From positions 2,914,001 to 2,978,000 of the forward strand of contig OZ320323.1 of assembly GCA_976226885.1 (NCBI GenBank): a DNA stretch of 64,000 nt, written 5' to 3'. This document shows positions 1-11,824 of this stretch, piece after piece (the first letter of the stretch is position 1; every line of letters begins with the position of its first letter). Source of the stretch: Iphione sp. A-MEVVRFRX5 (taxonomy: Eukaryota). The notes beneath the pieces are model-generated. The model saw nothing but the letters and a program-made list of their open reading frames with translations. It had not been told where the DNA came from and ran no database searches. The position numbers were made by a program, and so were the translations under genes.

Positions 1-236
1 TTTCTCTCTCTTCTAGAACGTTCTAGAAAGGCACTGGAGGAAAATAACACAAGCAGAAGCAAAGGGCACAGCATTCGTTTCTTTTTACATCCAACATGGT
101 TTCCAGTGAATCCAGAAGTATGGATGGTACACTGGTAAACGACGGAGGGTTTGATTGATGTCCATCATTCTGTTTTAATCATAGCGTGTAGAAGAGCTGC
201 AATATCCACTCTTTAAAGGAGACTTTTGCAACTTAC

Positions 237-302
237 CGGCGTAAGAAACTTGTACGTAAGATGTGCATTCTCTGCTAAGACATCTGCTGCCAGGTCGTAG
301 TA
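237..302 (-). CDS. TTC30: IFT70 exon 8 (YYDLAADVLAENAHLTYKFLTP)
   Basis: 66 nt, CAG acceptor, GTAAGT donor. Confidence 0.93.
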
Positions 303-2881
303 CTGTGAAAAGGATGTAAATGCATGATATACATGTTGTATTCTGGATTTGTACATTTAATCACACATGCACAGAATATGAACCACGCTTATCATACTAG
401 CTAGCATGTGCATATGGTATGAAATAATAAAAGATAAATGATCGTCTTTAGGAAAACATATTACACGGAATAGTACACGACAATATACAGCCAACACTCT
501 CTAGCTTAATGGTATACATTACATATATATGCATTATCATTTAGAGATTAAGTTTATTTGGACACTGAATCTTCTTTAGATGCTCAAAAGAGAATTAGCA
601 TACTTGACGTGAAGTAGATGTAAGTCGGTAAACTGATGAGGCATTAGACATGCACTCATCTCATACTTAACATAAAGTAGATGTAGGTCGGTAAACTGAT
701 GAGGCATCTGGACATGCACTCACCTCATACTTGACGTGAAGTAGATGTAAGTCGGTAAACTGACGAGGCATTAGACATGCACTCATCTCATACTTAACAT
801 AAAGTAGATGTAGGTCGGTAAACTGATGAGGCATCTGGACATATATTCGCCTCATACTTGACGTAAAGTAGATGTAGGTCAGTAAACTGACGCAGCATCA
901 TGTCACACACTATCGTCATACTTGACTCAAAGTAGAAGTAGATTGGTAAACTGACAAACACCAGGACATGCACTCACCTCATACTTGATGTAAAGTAGAA
1001 GTAGGTTGCCGAATGTTTCAGGTGGGAATGGATTTTGTTGAAGCAGGAACTGCAGCTTCTCAAAGCCTTGTGTGGCATTGTTCTCCATATTCATGAGAGC
1101 CTGGTTATGCAGTGTGACTGCATCGAGCTCCTCTTCTGCTCGGGGAGGCATGTCGGTGAGTGCCTCACATGCTGCCTCATCTGTGGAAGTGATGGAAAGA
1201 ACAAGATGATTTACATGATAGACTATTTCAGGACAGTCACAGCTCATTAAAAGGGCCCCACTACTTGCTGCAATGGTCCCTGGAGCACAGGTATACTTCT
1301 ATTAACAGAACCTCTTTACAATGAAGTTGGCTATAATTTTTGTGGCCTGCAGCCAGTATTGGCCAATCCTTTTTGAAAAAAAAGTGACAGAAAAAGAAAT
1401 GGACAAATAAAATTTTATTACTCAATAAAATACACATGAATAGTTAATAAACAATAAGCCTTGACAAATACTGCTCAACAACAAATTAATCTCGGAGAAC
1501 ACATCGACTTCATTAACAGAGGTATACCTGTACATATTTGATACATCCATCACTGTTGGCATCCCCACAGGTGGCCAATTAGTGTAAATATCCCCTAATG
1601 TATACTTATAAAACTGCACAACCTCCACAGCACCACAGTCAAATACACAATTTATATATATACATATAGATGTATCTCATGCTGGCCCAAAAGGGAGAAC
1701 AACTTACTAGGACCTATTGTTTCAGAAAAGTATTGAAATGCTTTTCCTATGCCACTCATATTTATCTTAAGGATAACAGTACCGGTTTGGATTACGAAGA
1801 ACAAGAAAGTACAAACTTTCTAAAAGATCTGCTCTTACAGTATTTAAATATTTCCAACACAGCTATGAATAGCCAGGAAGGATGTGTTACCAGGGTGGGC
1901 CTAAGGCAACACTTGAACTGTATTCACATGGTGAAGAGAAAAGTTAATGTTGGTCAACTCCAACTGGAACATAAAAAGAACACTAAAATAAAAAAGGTCC
2001 AAACACCACTTACTCACAACAGGTCCTGGTGGAGTTGCTACAACTAGTATTAACATACAGAAGGCAAGATAATTTTAAGGAAAAAGCCCAGAAAAAGTGG
2101 ACAAAGACAGACACAGAGAGAGATGGAGACAAAGCATGGATATCCTCACTATGTTTCATCATACTCGCGTGAATGTGGGTGCTCAAGTCAGTGAACAGGG
2201 AAGGGGGCTGTCTTAGTAAAGTCAGAGGAACACTTCAAGTCAACTGGAGCAAATTGAACTGTCGAATAACACCAATGTGTTGAGGAGAACTGTGCCAACT
2301 ACTTGGGATGCAGATTGATTCTGGGTCACATAATTGGAACACCTCATAGTTGTAAACACGGAGGAGAGGGCTGTCTTAGTAAACTATGAGAAACACTTCA
2401 AGTCAACTAGAGCGAACACAACTGTCAAATAACACCACCATGCTAAGGAGAAATGTGCCAACTACTTGGGGTGCAAATTCTTTCTGGGTCACATCATTGG
2501 CACACCTTAGAGTTGTGAACAGGGAGGAGGGGGGGTGGCCTGTCTTAGTAAACTAGGAGGAACACTTCAAGTCAATTTGAGGGAACAAAACTGTCAAATA
2601 ACACCACCGTGCTAAAGAGAAATGTGCCAACTACTTGGGGTGCAAATCCTTTCTGGGTCAATGGCACACCTCACAGTTGTGAACAGGGAAGGGGGGGGGC
2701 TGTCTTAGTAAACTAGGGGGGCACCTTAGTAAACTAGGGAAGAACACTTCAAATCAACTTGAAGGAACAGAAAACTTTCAAATAACAGCAACATGTTCAG
2801 GAAAAACGTGCCAACTACATCAGGTGCCGATTGATTCCGGGTAACTTGAGTCATTAGCGCATGTTCTACCCACCAGTATTT

Positions 2882-2920
<39 letters not shown>

Positions 2921-5900
2921 TTTTGTTTTTTTTGGGGGGGGATTGATAAGAAAAAACATTTTTAAAAAACTTCAAATAACATCAACAATGGAATATCGGG
3001 GACTATTGATCCCTTTGAGAGGAAAATCTCACCTGGCAAAAATGTAAAATAGCTTTCAGGAGATACTGTAGATAGATATATAATATTAACTCTCAACGGT
3101 AAGTAAGGCCTCATAAATTCAAATAAATTACCTTTCCTTCCTCACAATATTGAGATTTATGCTCTATCTGTCTCTCTGTATCTATAAATCTAAGTTTTTA
3201 TATATAGTAATGTATAAATACATGTATATATAGTCAGTACCACAAACTATACCAAAAATACCCTATTTTTTATCTTACTATAGTTTAACCGAACTCCCTG
3301 ATTGAACAATTTTGATAAACACACCCAAACTGGTTACCTTGGGCTGACTGTATATCACAATATTATATATGGACCAGTTATTTTGGGCTGACTGTATATA
3401 TCGCAATATTATATACTGAACAGTTATCTGGGGCTGACGGTATATATCACAATATTATATATGGATATCTAGATTGCACTTCTCTTATCATGAAGTTGTC
3501 AAACGTTTGATTAACTGGCTAACCAGGAGGTTAGAAAAAAAAACAGTACAGCAAGAAAGAAAACCCAATCTGAGTGGAGGCAAGTTAGTTCGACAGGCGG
3601 AGAGAAGGCAACCTTCACTTACGGTCATTAACCAGATACATGTAGGGCACTGTAAGAGGCAAGAAAGGGTTATCAATAGCATGGTGCAGGGAAGCCAAGC
3701 GAGAACATGGGTTAAACACTGCAGGTTATGTATTCGGAACATGGGAGAAACAAATTTTAAACTAGACACTTGTCGTTATTACGTGCTACCTATGACTATC
3801 TTACAACAAGGTTATCACAATAACAAATGGTAGAGAGAGAGAACAACATTGTGGTGGTGGGCGGAACATGATCATCAAATGAGGGACGCTACTAGACGAA
3901 GACCTACAGAGTCACCTGCTGACCAATGGACTGATCACTTCTTTTGAGTAGCAGCTGAACCTGAACAATCACCAGCATCCTGCCCAAAGTGTGGGAATTT
4001 GAACTATAGACAAACAAAGCTGTCCAGCATTGCAGTCAATGAGAAGGTTAAATATCTCTGTTAATATTACAGATAGAATTATTTGCTTTTAACAGCATTA
4101 AGAGTTTATATTAATCATGATTCTGACCAACTTTTGTATTTTTCCATCAATTAGACTCTTAACTTCCAAGCAGTCAAAGGTGAATATTTTAACATTGAAA
4201 AGGCCTGGGAACCTTGCAGCTTGTCTATGCCGGAAGCATGTGNNNNNNNNNNNNNNNNNNNNNNNNNNNNNNNNNNNNNNNNNNNNNNNNNNNNNNNNNN
4301 NNNNNNNNNNNNNNNNNNNNNNNNNNNNNNNNNNNNNNNNNNNNNNNNNNNNNNNNNNNNNNNNNNNNNNNNNNNNNNNNNNNNNNNNNNNNNNNNNNCC
4401 ATATTATTCAAAGATCATTTGTCTAAGTTGTGCTCCGCTCGCCCTTTCACTCCCAGACACGCCCATTTCCTCCCATGTTCCCTCCAAAGTCAATGCCATA
4501 AGCCCGATACACTCATTTCCCTAGTAGTGGAGGTCAACTAACCTGCGACTGGACAACACTGACTTTAGTCTGATCTCCACTGATAAATTCATCTATAATC
4601 TTATAATATATCTATAATATATAAAATCCTCAGTAGTACACCTTGCTAGTGTCAAATCCTTTTATAACACACTCTCCACCATTCCTTCAGATGTTCATCT
4701 GATCCCATCTAAGTGCTATACTCTTTCCTCAAACCTCTCCCAACCTTCCTTGAGATATTCATCTCACCTCCTCTAAGTGTCATATCCTTTCATAACACTC
4801 TCCAACATCCCCTCAGATGTTCATCTCACCCCATATAACATACACCCTTTCCTCATTTCATGCAAAAAATGAAAGACATCCATGAAAAATTAATTTTGTG
4901 AGCCCTGCATTAAGAAAAATTGATCATATATGATCGATTTGAATAGGAGTGGTCTGGAAAGAGTAAACTACCATACCCTTTACTCATACATTCCCAGACC
5001 TTCCCATAGAGATATTCATCTCACGACCTTCCCATACAGATATTTATCTCACCCCCTTTAAGTACCATACCCTTTACTCACACATTTCCCAACCTTCCCA
5101 TAGAGATATTCATCTTACCCTGTCTAAGTGCTATACTCTTCCCTCAAACCTCTCCCAACCTTTCTTTAGATGTTCATCTCACCTTCTCTAAGCACCACAT
5201 GCTTTACTCATGACTACCCACATTGTCATTACATATCCGGGGGGGGGGGAGTTCCATTACTGTGGCCCTTTCAACCCAATTATCAATTAATTGCAGCTAA
5301 ATGAGGGAAAATGTATGATATAAAAGGCAAAACTTCGCCAATATCTACAGTAGAGTCACCCAAAGACTGTCTCAGCTATTTCCACCACCCAGAGTTGGCT
5401 GATCACTTGTATCCTTGTACACCTCGTGGTTGGCGCTAACACTGTGGTGGATTGTTTAATTATGACTGTGCTATTCTTTTGCTTTTTACATCAATGAGTC
5501 AGTAGTGGACTGGTAGGTAGAGATCTTCATCTAGGCAAACATATACCAATGCATTTACTTATCAATATATTCTCTCAAATTCTTCCACGACCTAAATTTA
5601 ATGAACTAAAATATTCCCACAAATGTTCTCCTCTGTTTAGTGTAAGACACCGACGACTTTCTACTCTGGGTTTTATGTCTTAGTGTTAATCATGTTCAAT
5701 GAAGTCAACATTAATCAACATTACAACTATCTCCTACATTACAAAATCCCCACGGGACACTCTAGTAGTTGTGCGTAAAATAAAACCAATAAGAACGAAT
5801 AAGAATCCTCATAGAAAGGATTACATTAGTAGAAGTACTTATATCGGCATGTATGTCATATTTAAGCTTTAAACTGAGTAGCATGTTTGTTGTTTCATAG

Positions 5901-8900
5901 CCAATTAGAAGGAAATCTGAATATTAATTATTCTAGCAAAATTAAAAATTATTTGGGCTTAAATGATAAAGCAACTCAACGAAAAAAACAGGACCCTACA
6001 CCAAGCAAAATGTCAGAAGTGTGCAAGAGCATCGAACATTTAGTTGGGGGAACGATGACCAATACGGTATGTCCATCTGTCCAGTTATACATTGGTATGT
6101 GTGGGTTGTGTAGTTATATGATCTAAAGGCGACCCCTGGCGACAGATAGTGTTCGAACACAGGAAACGTACGTGGCATATATGTATTGTGCTTTTCTCAG
6201 GAAATGGACATGGAGGAATAAATAAATGTTTACAGTTAACATACAATGTATGACCATACACAAGGGCTCTCTAGCTCTCTTAATTACATGTGTATACGCC
6301 GAAGACAAAACCCCCGAATTATCACCATATACGTTTAACCGGACCCATGGACGATACCCTTAACATGTGGAGAAATGGGGTGACTTCAAGGCAGGGCTAT
6401 TGAAAGACAGGGGCACAGCTGCGGGTAAACATTCAGCTAACTCCGAGCTACTCACAGTTCTTGAGCTGATACTCAATGGCTGCCTTCAGGTTGAAGGCCT
6501 CGATCAGCGCCGTCTCGTGGAGCGTCAGGGTGTTCCCCACGCTGCGGACGTCGATTCCTTCTGTGGTCATACCCACACTCAACTCTACAGGACAATAGAA
6601 GAGAATGACAAAACAAGGGGTCAATCAGTATATACAGATCCCTTCCGCGGTCATACCCACACTCAACTCTACGGGGCAACAGAAGAGAAAACAATGTGTC
6701 AATCTCATCAAACTACTCAACACCATGCTGCTGTACAGATACAGATCCCTTCCGTGGTCATACCCACACTCAACTCTACAGGACAATAGAAGAGAACGAC
6801 AAAACAAGGGGTCAATCTCATCAAACTACTCAACACCATGCTGCTGTATATATACAGATCCCTTCCGTGGTCATACCCACACTCAACTCTACGGGGCAAC
6901 AGAAGAGAAAACAATGTGTCAATCTCATCAAACTACTCAACACCATGCTGCTGTACAGATACAGATCCCTTCCGTGGTCATACCCACACTCAACTCTACA
7001 GGACAATAGAAGAGAAAACAATGTGTCAATCTCATCAAACTACTCAACACCATGCTGCTGTATATATACAGTAGCAACTCACCGTGTGGGCAAATCAACT
7101 ATGAAAAACGACACTCTAACAAGGACAACCCTTTTTTATAGGAACGAATTTGCTGGTTACTTAAATGGTCGCATTACAGGTATTTTACTACATGTAGGTC
7201 AAAAAAGTAGGGAGGGAAAATATTCATTCAACTTGCATGGTTTTAGTGTCAACGTTTAAGGTACAGTAGGAGCTCGCCCGAGAAGTCAGCATTTGTTCCC
7301 ATCAATTTACAACCAGTGAGTGAGGTAACTACTGGGGAGAGGTAATTCCCTGTATATGATATAGAAATTGGCTCCAAAGCTATTGACCATTGGACGCTCT
7401 GGGCAGATGTGGGCATTATGAAAGTTCTACTGGATCTCAAGTAACAGGCACTGCGATAGAGGAAGCATGTACTGCATTTTACATATTTGTAACACTTAAA
7501 TAGAACGGGATGCTTACCTGGGTGTTCGCGAATACCTCGTTCAATGATATCAGCGATGTGCTTCAAGGCGGGTGCGTACTGTTTCAGCATATAGTGGCAC
7601 AGAGCGATGTTGTATGAGAGGTCGGGCTTGTAGCCTAGAATCTGCATGGCTGTGGTAAACTTCTGACAGGCTTCTTCATACTGACCTTCCTGTGAATGAG
7701 ATGGAAAATTATATCAACTACAGTATAAAAGAAACCCCCAACAACATTGCATTACGGAGAATCTGTTTCTAGATTTACTGCATAATGGGATGAATTTTCA
7801 AGGAATAAAGTACCATTTTTCCCTAACATTTATGTTTTTCTCAGTATTTTCTGGTATACTGATGAAAATTAGCAGAGACAGAAGTGCTGGGATATAGGCA
7901 CATGAGATTACACAACTACAGCACAACCGATAATTCCACGAGGAATTTGTGTCAAATCTTTGAAATAAGCGACATAATTCATGCATAAATATATTTATGT
8001 ATATGTATGTAACAGACCTTTATATAAAGACAAACTCAAATAACCTGAACAATAACAATCTTAAGACAATAATTTTGCCCTGTTTTCCTCTGTGTCCTCC
8101 ACCACGACAGGGTGGAACCAGCAGCACGCTACAGCCTGGCAGACAAAGGACTGACAAGGTCTACTCACCCCCGCCTGCTGTTATTTAAGATAATGTTAAG
8201 TACACAAAATTAAACCAGTAAAGGAATCAGCTCGTTTGAGTAGTTATAGGAGTCAAAATATCATGTCGGGGGGTTGGACAGTCAGACCGCAGTATTCGTA
8301 GGTCCCCCAAGCTCTTTAGAGCCCGAGGACAATTAATCTTGTTACATAAGCTGCTTTTTACCATGAATATATTCTTTGTCAATCAAACCTTGAAGAGAAG
8401 GCATCCCAAGTTGATCTCTGTGTCTGGATCATCTGCTGGACACTGCTCCACCAGACTCTGCGCCCCAGGTAAATCCTCCTCTCCGTATTTGATAGCTGCT
8501 TGCAGTTTGGTTATCTGAAATTATTTTAAATGTTTTCCTTATTTTTCGTCACAGCTGTAGGTTGAAAACAGAAGGTTCAAATACAATGAGTTAAACATGA
8601 CTAATCTTTATCATTATTACTGACCTATCCTTGCGAGGTTTGGACATTGTCTAAGTGTGTCTTGTGTTTGATTGCAACAACTGATGACACCTCCGCAAAA
8701 GGTGTGTAGGTCAGGAAATAATGGAATGTACAGCTACAGCAGCAATGGGTTAATTAATACCACCAACACTTTTGGACATCTACTTTGATCATCCCAAACC
8801 ACTTTCTGCTATAGAGCTGAGAAATGCTATGTGATATACTGAGAAATTAAATTTGAAAATCGGATTAAACAAGGTGAAATATGCAACAGAGCACTTACTC

Positions 8901-10848
8901 GGGTGGCATATGATGGGTTGTCCATCTGACATGACACTTTCATGGCTTCTTCGTACAGACAAGCTTTGTACAGGGACTGTGCATAATACAGTTTGTAGTC
9001 TTCTACTTCAGGGTTGTTGGCTGCCAGCTGCTCATAACAGTCGGCCGCATTCACGAAGTCCTGTAGCTGGTAGTAGCAGTAACCAAGGAGGGAGAGCGCT
9101 GCACGAGACTGCAGGAGTTGATAAATGATAAGATGAAATCAGGATTCATAAGCACACATTTCATCATGAACAAGGATTAAGGAAACCTATGATGTCTCTT
9201 GTCTCCCACCAGCCATTCATTAAATCTCTCTGGGTGCGAGCGTGTGTGCATGTGTATGTGAAGGAGAAGACCGACAGAGCTAGTCTGAAGTGAGCAAACG
9301 TGGTGGTCAATATGATCCGCCATACATGACAGACAAATAATGTATTAGTTTATGGATATTTATCGTGTATAAATGTAAATAATTTGGCGAAAAGCTCAGG
9401 GGATCTAAAGTTTGAGGTACCAATCTGGATTTTAACAATGACCCATTCAATATATCGTATATACGGGCCTCACATCTGTAAAAGATGTATTACAACACAG
9501 GATGATTTTGTCATCTGAAAAGCTCAACCACAGATGGATACACTAATACAAATATGCTTTTATCGTGACAAGGTTATTACTTGTACTTCTAGCTGAAGTA
9601 CAGATGGTGAAGTACATCCAACTTTCGTCATGTTATGAATACTTTCAACTCCACATTCGTGGTCACTGAAAAGTGATGCCCACTCAGTTCAGTGAAAGGC
9701 GAACTGTCCATGGATTTTGTCGTTGACTATAATACCATGCCTCTAAGTTACATTGACAGAATACGTTTCATGTCTCTGCATGGGTACTGAGATTTTAGTA
9801 GAAATAGTGACAAGGACGTTGATCTGCTATACGAGATGCCCGTTATTAGCCAACAATGCCAATAGCTGACAGTCAGTAGCCAACAAATTTTCATGGAACC
9901 AAGTGTGACAGGTCCCCGGTGCAGACTTTGGGTGAGGGGGTTGTCAAGGTGCATGTACAGGAGGCATAAGACTGTCTACGAGCAGTAGTTCCAACACTCT
10001 GGTGGCGGAATATGGACCAACTCATATTTTTAATGGGTGAATGGAAGGATATTATAGCTTCCCATTGAGGGAAACAATTTTTGAAGGCCTATGAATTTAG
10101 TTAAGAATGGAGACAGTATTGTATCGGGCGAGTATAACTTGGCCGGGGGTGTTGGCCCTAAACCTGGTAGGGACTCTCTCGTCCCCTGGCATGCCTGCCC
10201 ACTCTCCCTGCTGCCTCCACCACCATTAGCGCTTAACCCAGGGGGACCATGAAAAGACGTGGCCGGGAGTGTTAGCGCTAAACCTGGTAGGGACTCACTG
10301 TAGGCTAATGACTGTTGGCTACTGTCATTGTTGGCTAATGACTGTATACCGCTACACGCATATACTCTGATACAGTGCTAAAGAAATCTATAGACACACT
10401 AAGAAGTCGTAAGAATTTCAATAAAATCTTGTCCTCAGACAGCAATATGTCAATTGGTCATAGTGCATTTGGTTGTCCCACGACAGTCATTGTACAAAGA
10501 GATCCTAAAATGAATTCCTACCTTGTTGTAGGTCTGTATTACGTTGTTCAGAACTTGAATCGCTTCTCCATATCGCTGATCCTTGATCTGGCCGAAATAA
10601 CAGAAAAGAGTATTAGAACAGTAATCCATATAAAATATATATCCTTAATTTGTAGTGCCAACCATGAAACTGCCGAAGAACTGGGGATGTTCTTCGAAAA
10701 CGCTATAAAAACAATCTGGCCTCTCGGTCCATCATCGGTTTGACAGCTGACTGCAACTGTTAAAATAACATAATTTCGAGGAGAACTTACTAACCATGCC
10801 ATAAATTGTCGAGGTCACCTCTCCCTCCTTCATCTGAAGAGATGCCAT
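237..10848 (-). CDS. TTC30: Intraflagellar transport protein 70 / tetratricopeptide repeat protein 30 (5' part, 8 coding exons; 3' end lies left of the window)
   Basis: Exons 10795-10848, 10522-10587, 8899-9108, 8389-8514, 7518-7689, 6456-6584, 978-1180 and 237-302 all have GT-AG ends and compatible phases. The peptides match IFT70/TTC30 as I recall it: SRAALSLLGYCYYQLQDF, KLQAAIKYGEEDLPGA, LKHIADIIERGIREHPELSVGMTTEGIDVRSVGNTL, LTDMPPRAEEELDAVTLHNQALMNM, FLLQQNPFPPETFGNLLLLY. Confidence 0.96.
598..1004 (-). repeat. 63/64-bp tandem array of the IFT70 exon 7 3' end and donor
   Basis: Unit ctacttctactttacatcaagtatgag|gtgagtgcatgtcc...; about 6.5 copies. Confidence 0.9.
978..1180 (-). CDS. TTC30: IFT70 exon 7 (YEAACEALTDMPPRAEEELD...LLLLYIKYE)
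   Basis: 203 nt, phase 1/0, CAG acceptor, GTGAGT donor. Confidence 0.95.
2195..2860. repeat. ~165-bp degenerate tandem repeat, about 4 copies
   Basis: gctgtcttagtaaacta.gaggaacacttcaagtcaa... recurs at about 2207, 2369, 2540 and 2699/2722. Confidence 0.85.
3338..3470. repeat. ~45-bp tandem repeat, 3 copies
   Basis: gggctgactgtatatcacaatattatata recurs three times. Confidence 0.8.
4243..4398. other. Assembly gap (others at 12999-13145, 14581-14830, 17203-17377, 17497-17719, 49846-50005, 51539-51825)
   Basis: Runs of N. Confidence 0.99.
4655..5215. repeat. Degenerate C/T-rich tandem repeat
   Basis: agat(a/g)ttcatctcacc...ctaagtg...caaccttcc recurs. Confidence 0.65.
6456..6584 (-). CDS. TTC30: IFT70 exon 6 (ELSVGMTTEGIDVRSVGNTLTLHETALIEAFNLKAAIEYQLKN)
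   Basis: 129 nt, phase 1/1, TAG acceptor, GTGAGT donor. Confidence 0.95.
6555..7075 (-). repeat. 84-113-bp tandem array of the IFT70 exon 6 acceptor and first ~30 exon nt
   Basis: cttct.ttg.cc.gtag|AGTTGAGTGTGGGTATGACC occurs 5 times. Confidence 0.92.
7518..7689 (-). CDS. TTC30: IFT70 exon 5 (EGQYEEACQKF...GIREHP)
   Basis: 172 nt, CAG acceptor, GTAAGC donor, ends phase 1. Confidence 0.95.
8389..8514 (-). CDS. TTC30: IFT70 exon 4 (ITKLQAAIKYGEEDLPGAQSLVEQC...GCLLFK)
   Basis: 126 nt, CAG acceptor, GTTTGA donor. Confidence 0.95.
8899..9108 (-). CDS. TTC30: IFT70 exon 3 (SRAALSLLGYCYYQ...NPSYATR)
   Basis: 210 nt, CAG acceptor, GTAAGT donor, TPR sequence typical of TTC30. Confidence 0.95.
10522..10587 (-). 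CDS. TTC30: IFT70 exon 2 (IKDQRYGEAIQVLNNVIQTYNK)
   Basis: CAG acceptor, GTAGGA donor, 66 nt, phase 0/0. Confidence 0.9.
10795..10848 (-). CDS. TTC30: IFT70 exon 1 (MASLQMKEGEVTSTIYGM)
   Basis: ATG at 10848, 54 nt, donor GTTAGT; resembles the TTC30 N-terminus (xxGExTxxIY). Confidence 0.88.
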
Positions 10849-11790
10849 TGTGAGTATTTCAGGCCTCAGCAATAATATAAAGTGAAGTTTAGTCCCGGTT
10901 CGAGCTGACGAGTGTGTTTCCGGAAGTTATGGAGGTATGCGGTAGAGCGCATGCGCATTGTTTACAGAGATCGCTATGGTTTCAGGTATCGCAATGACAT
11001 ATTTGTTATTCCGAACCGACGAGCAAAACTTTGTCGTAGTTGAGATAAATAACTTAAGTTTACATCGAAAGGTCCACAGTTAGGTTATATATGGGGTGTT
11101 TAGTTGGTTGAACTGCTGCTATTTGATCACTTTCCTAAGTATTAATATTTTGAAAATTTGGGACAAGTTGGCGCAGTAGTACTTGTAGCAGGTGCCCTTT
11201 TGGGGAATGATCCCAGTGCAATTTTCTTGCAAATGTTTAACATTTCTGTGAGTTTCGTCGAATAGCTACAACTAAACGAACTCAAACTGTTTTTTAATCA
11301 GTCTTCCGACTTATTATTTTTTATGACCAGAGAGACAGCGCTAGAGCACTACTCCTCACTCTCCTCTAATTCTCAGAAAAAATATTAATTCCCAGCCTCA
11401 TGCCAACAGCAATATTAAAGCTCTTTGCTCATTCACATAGACCAATGAGTGCAGTCGGCTGACATGTAGCCTCGCGAATAGAATTCGCTGTATCGACTAA
11501 TTATTATTTAAACAAAAATCGAATGAGTCAAAATGTTGCCATAAAAAATACTATCCATTGTTGGACGTTTTGCAAAAACAAAAATGCATACATATGCACG
11601 CAAGTGTAATGGAAGTCGAAGTCGAGTTTATGTCAAAATAAGATAATGAAGAAAAACTTGACTGGAAATGCCACATCTAGGCCGGTTGAAACATGTGCTA
11701 GTAGTATAGTGGATGTAGGCTTTTCAGCTGGCTACTGATTGGGCAGCCTCCGCATCATCGACTATCGGTGCCGAACAGTAGCTAAACATC
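10849..11790. promoter_or_regulatory. Head-to-head (bidirectional) promoter region IFT70 / FAM234-like
   Basis: Start codons at 10848(-) and 11791(+). CCGGAAGT (ETS/GABP type) at 10920-10927, GCGCATGCGCA (NRF1 type) at 10947-10957, CCAAT at about 11442 and ATTGG at about 11738; CpG-richer than the flanks. Confidence 0.6.
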
Positions 11791-11824
11791 ATGGCCGCTT
11801 TGGGAAGCATATTGCGAAAAGGAG
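11791..11824 (+). CDS. FAM234B: FAM234-like exon 1 (MAALGSILRKG)
   Basis: ATG in a CpG-containing region, strong GTGAGT donor; phase 1 fits the exon 2 acceptor at 19720. Confidence 0.72.

Noticed and set aside
1670-2047. 125-aa plus-strand ORF (and 3474-3833, 10375-10743) inside IFT70 introns
   Set aside because: No motifs or codon structure, no splice-compatible partners; 10375-10743 is antisense to exon 2.
4117-4541. ORFs spanning N-runs (also 12898-13300, 14453-15143, 17132-17807, 49729-50217, 51475-51946)
   Set aside because: Open only because N codons are not stops.
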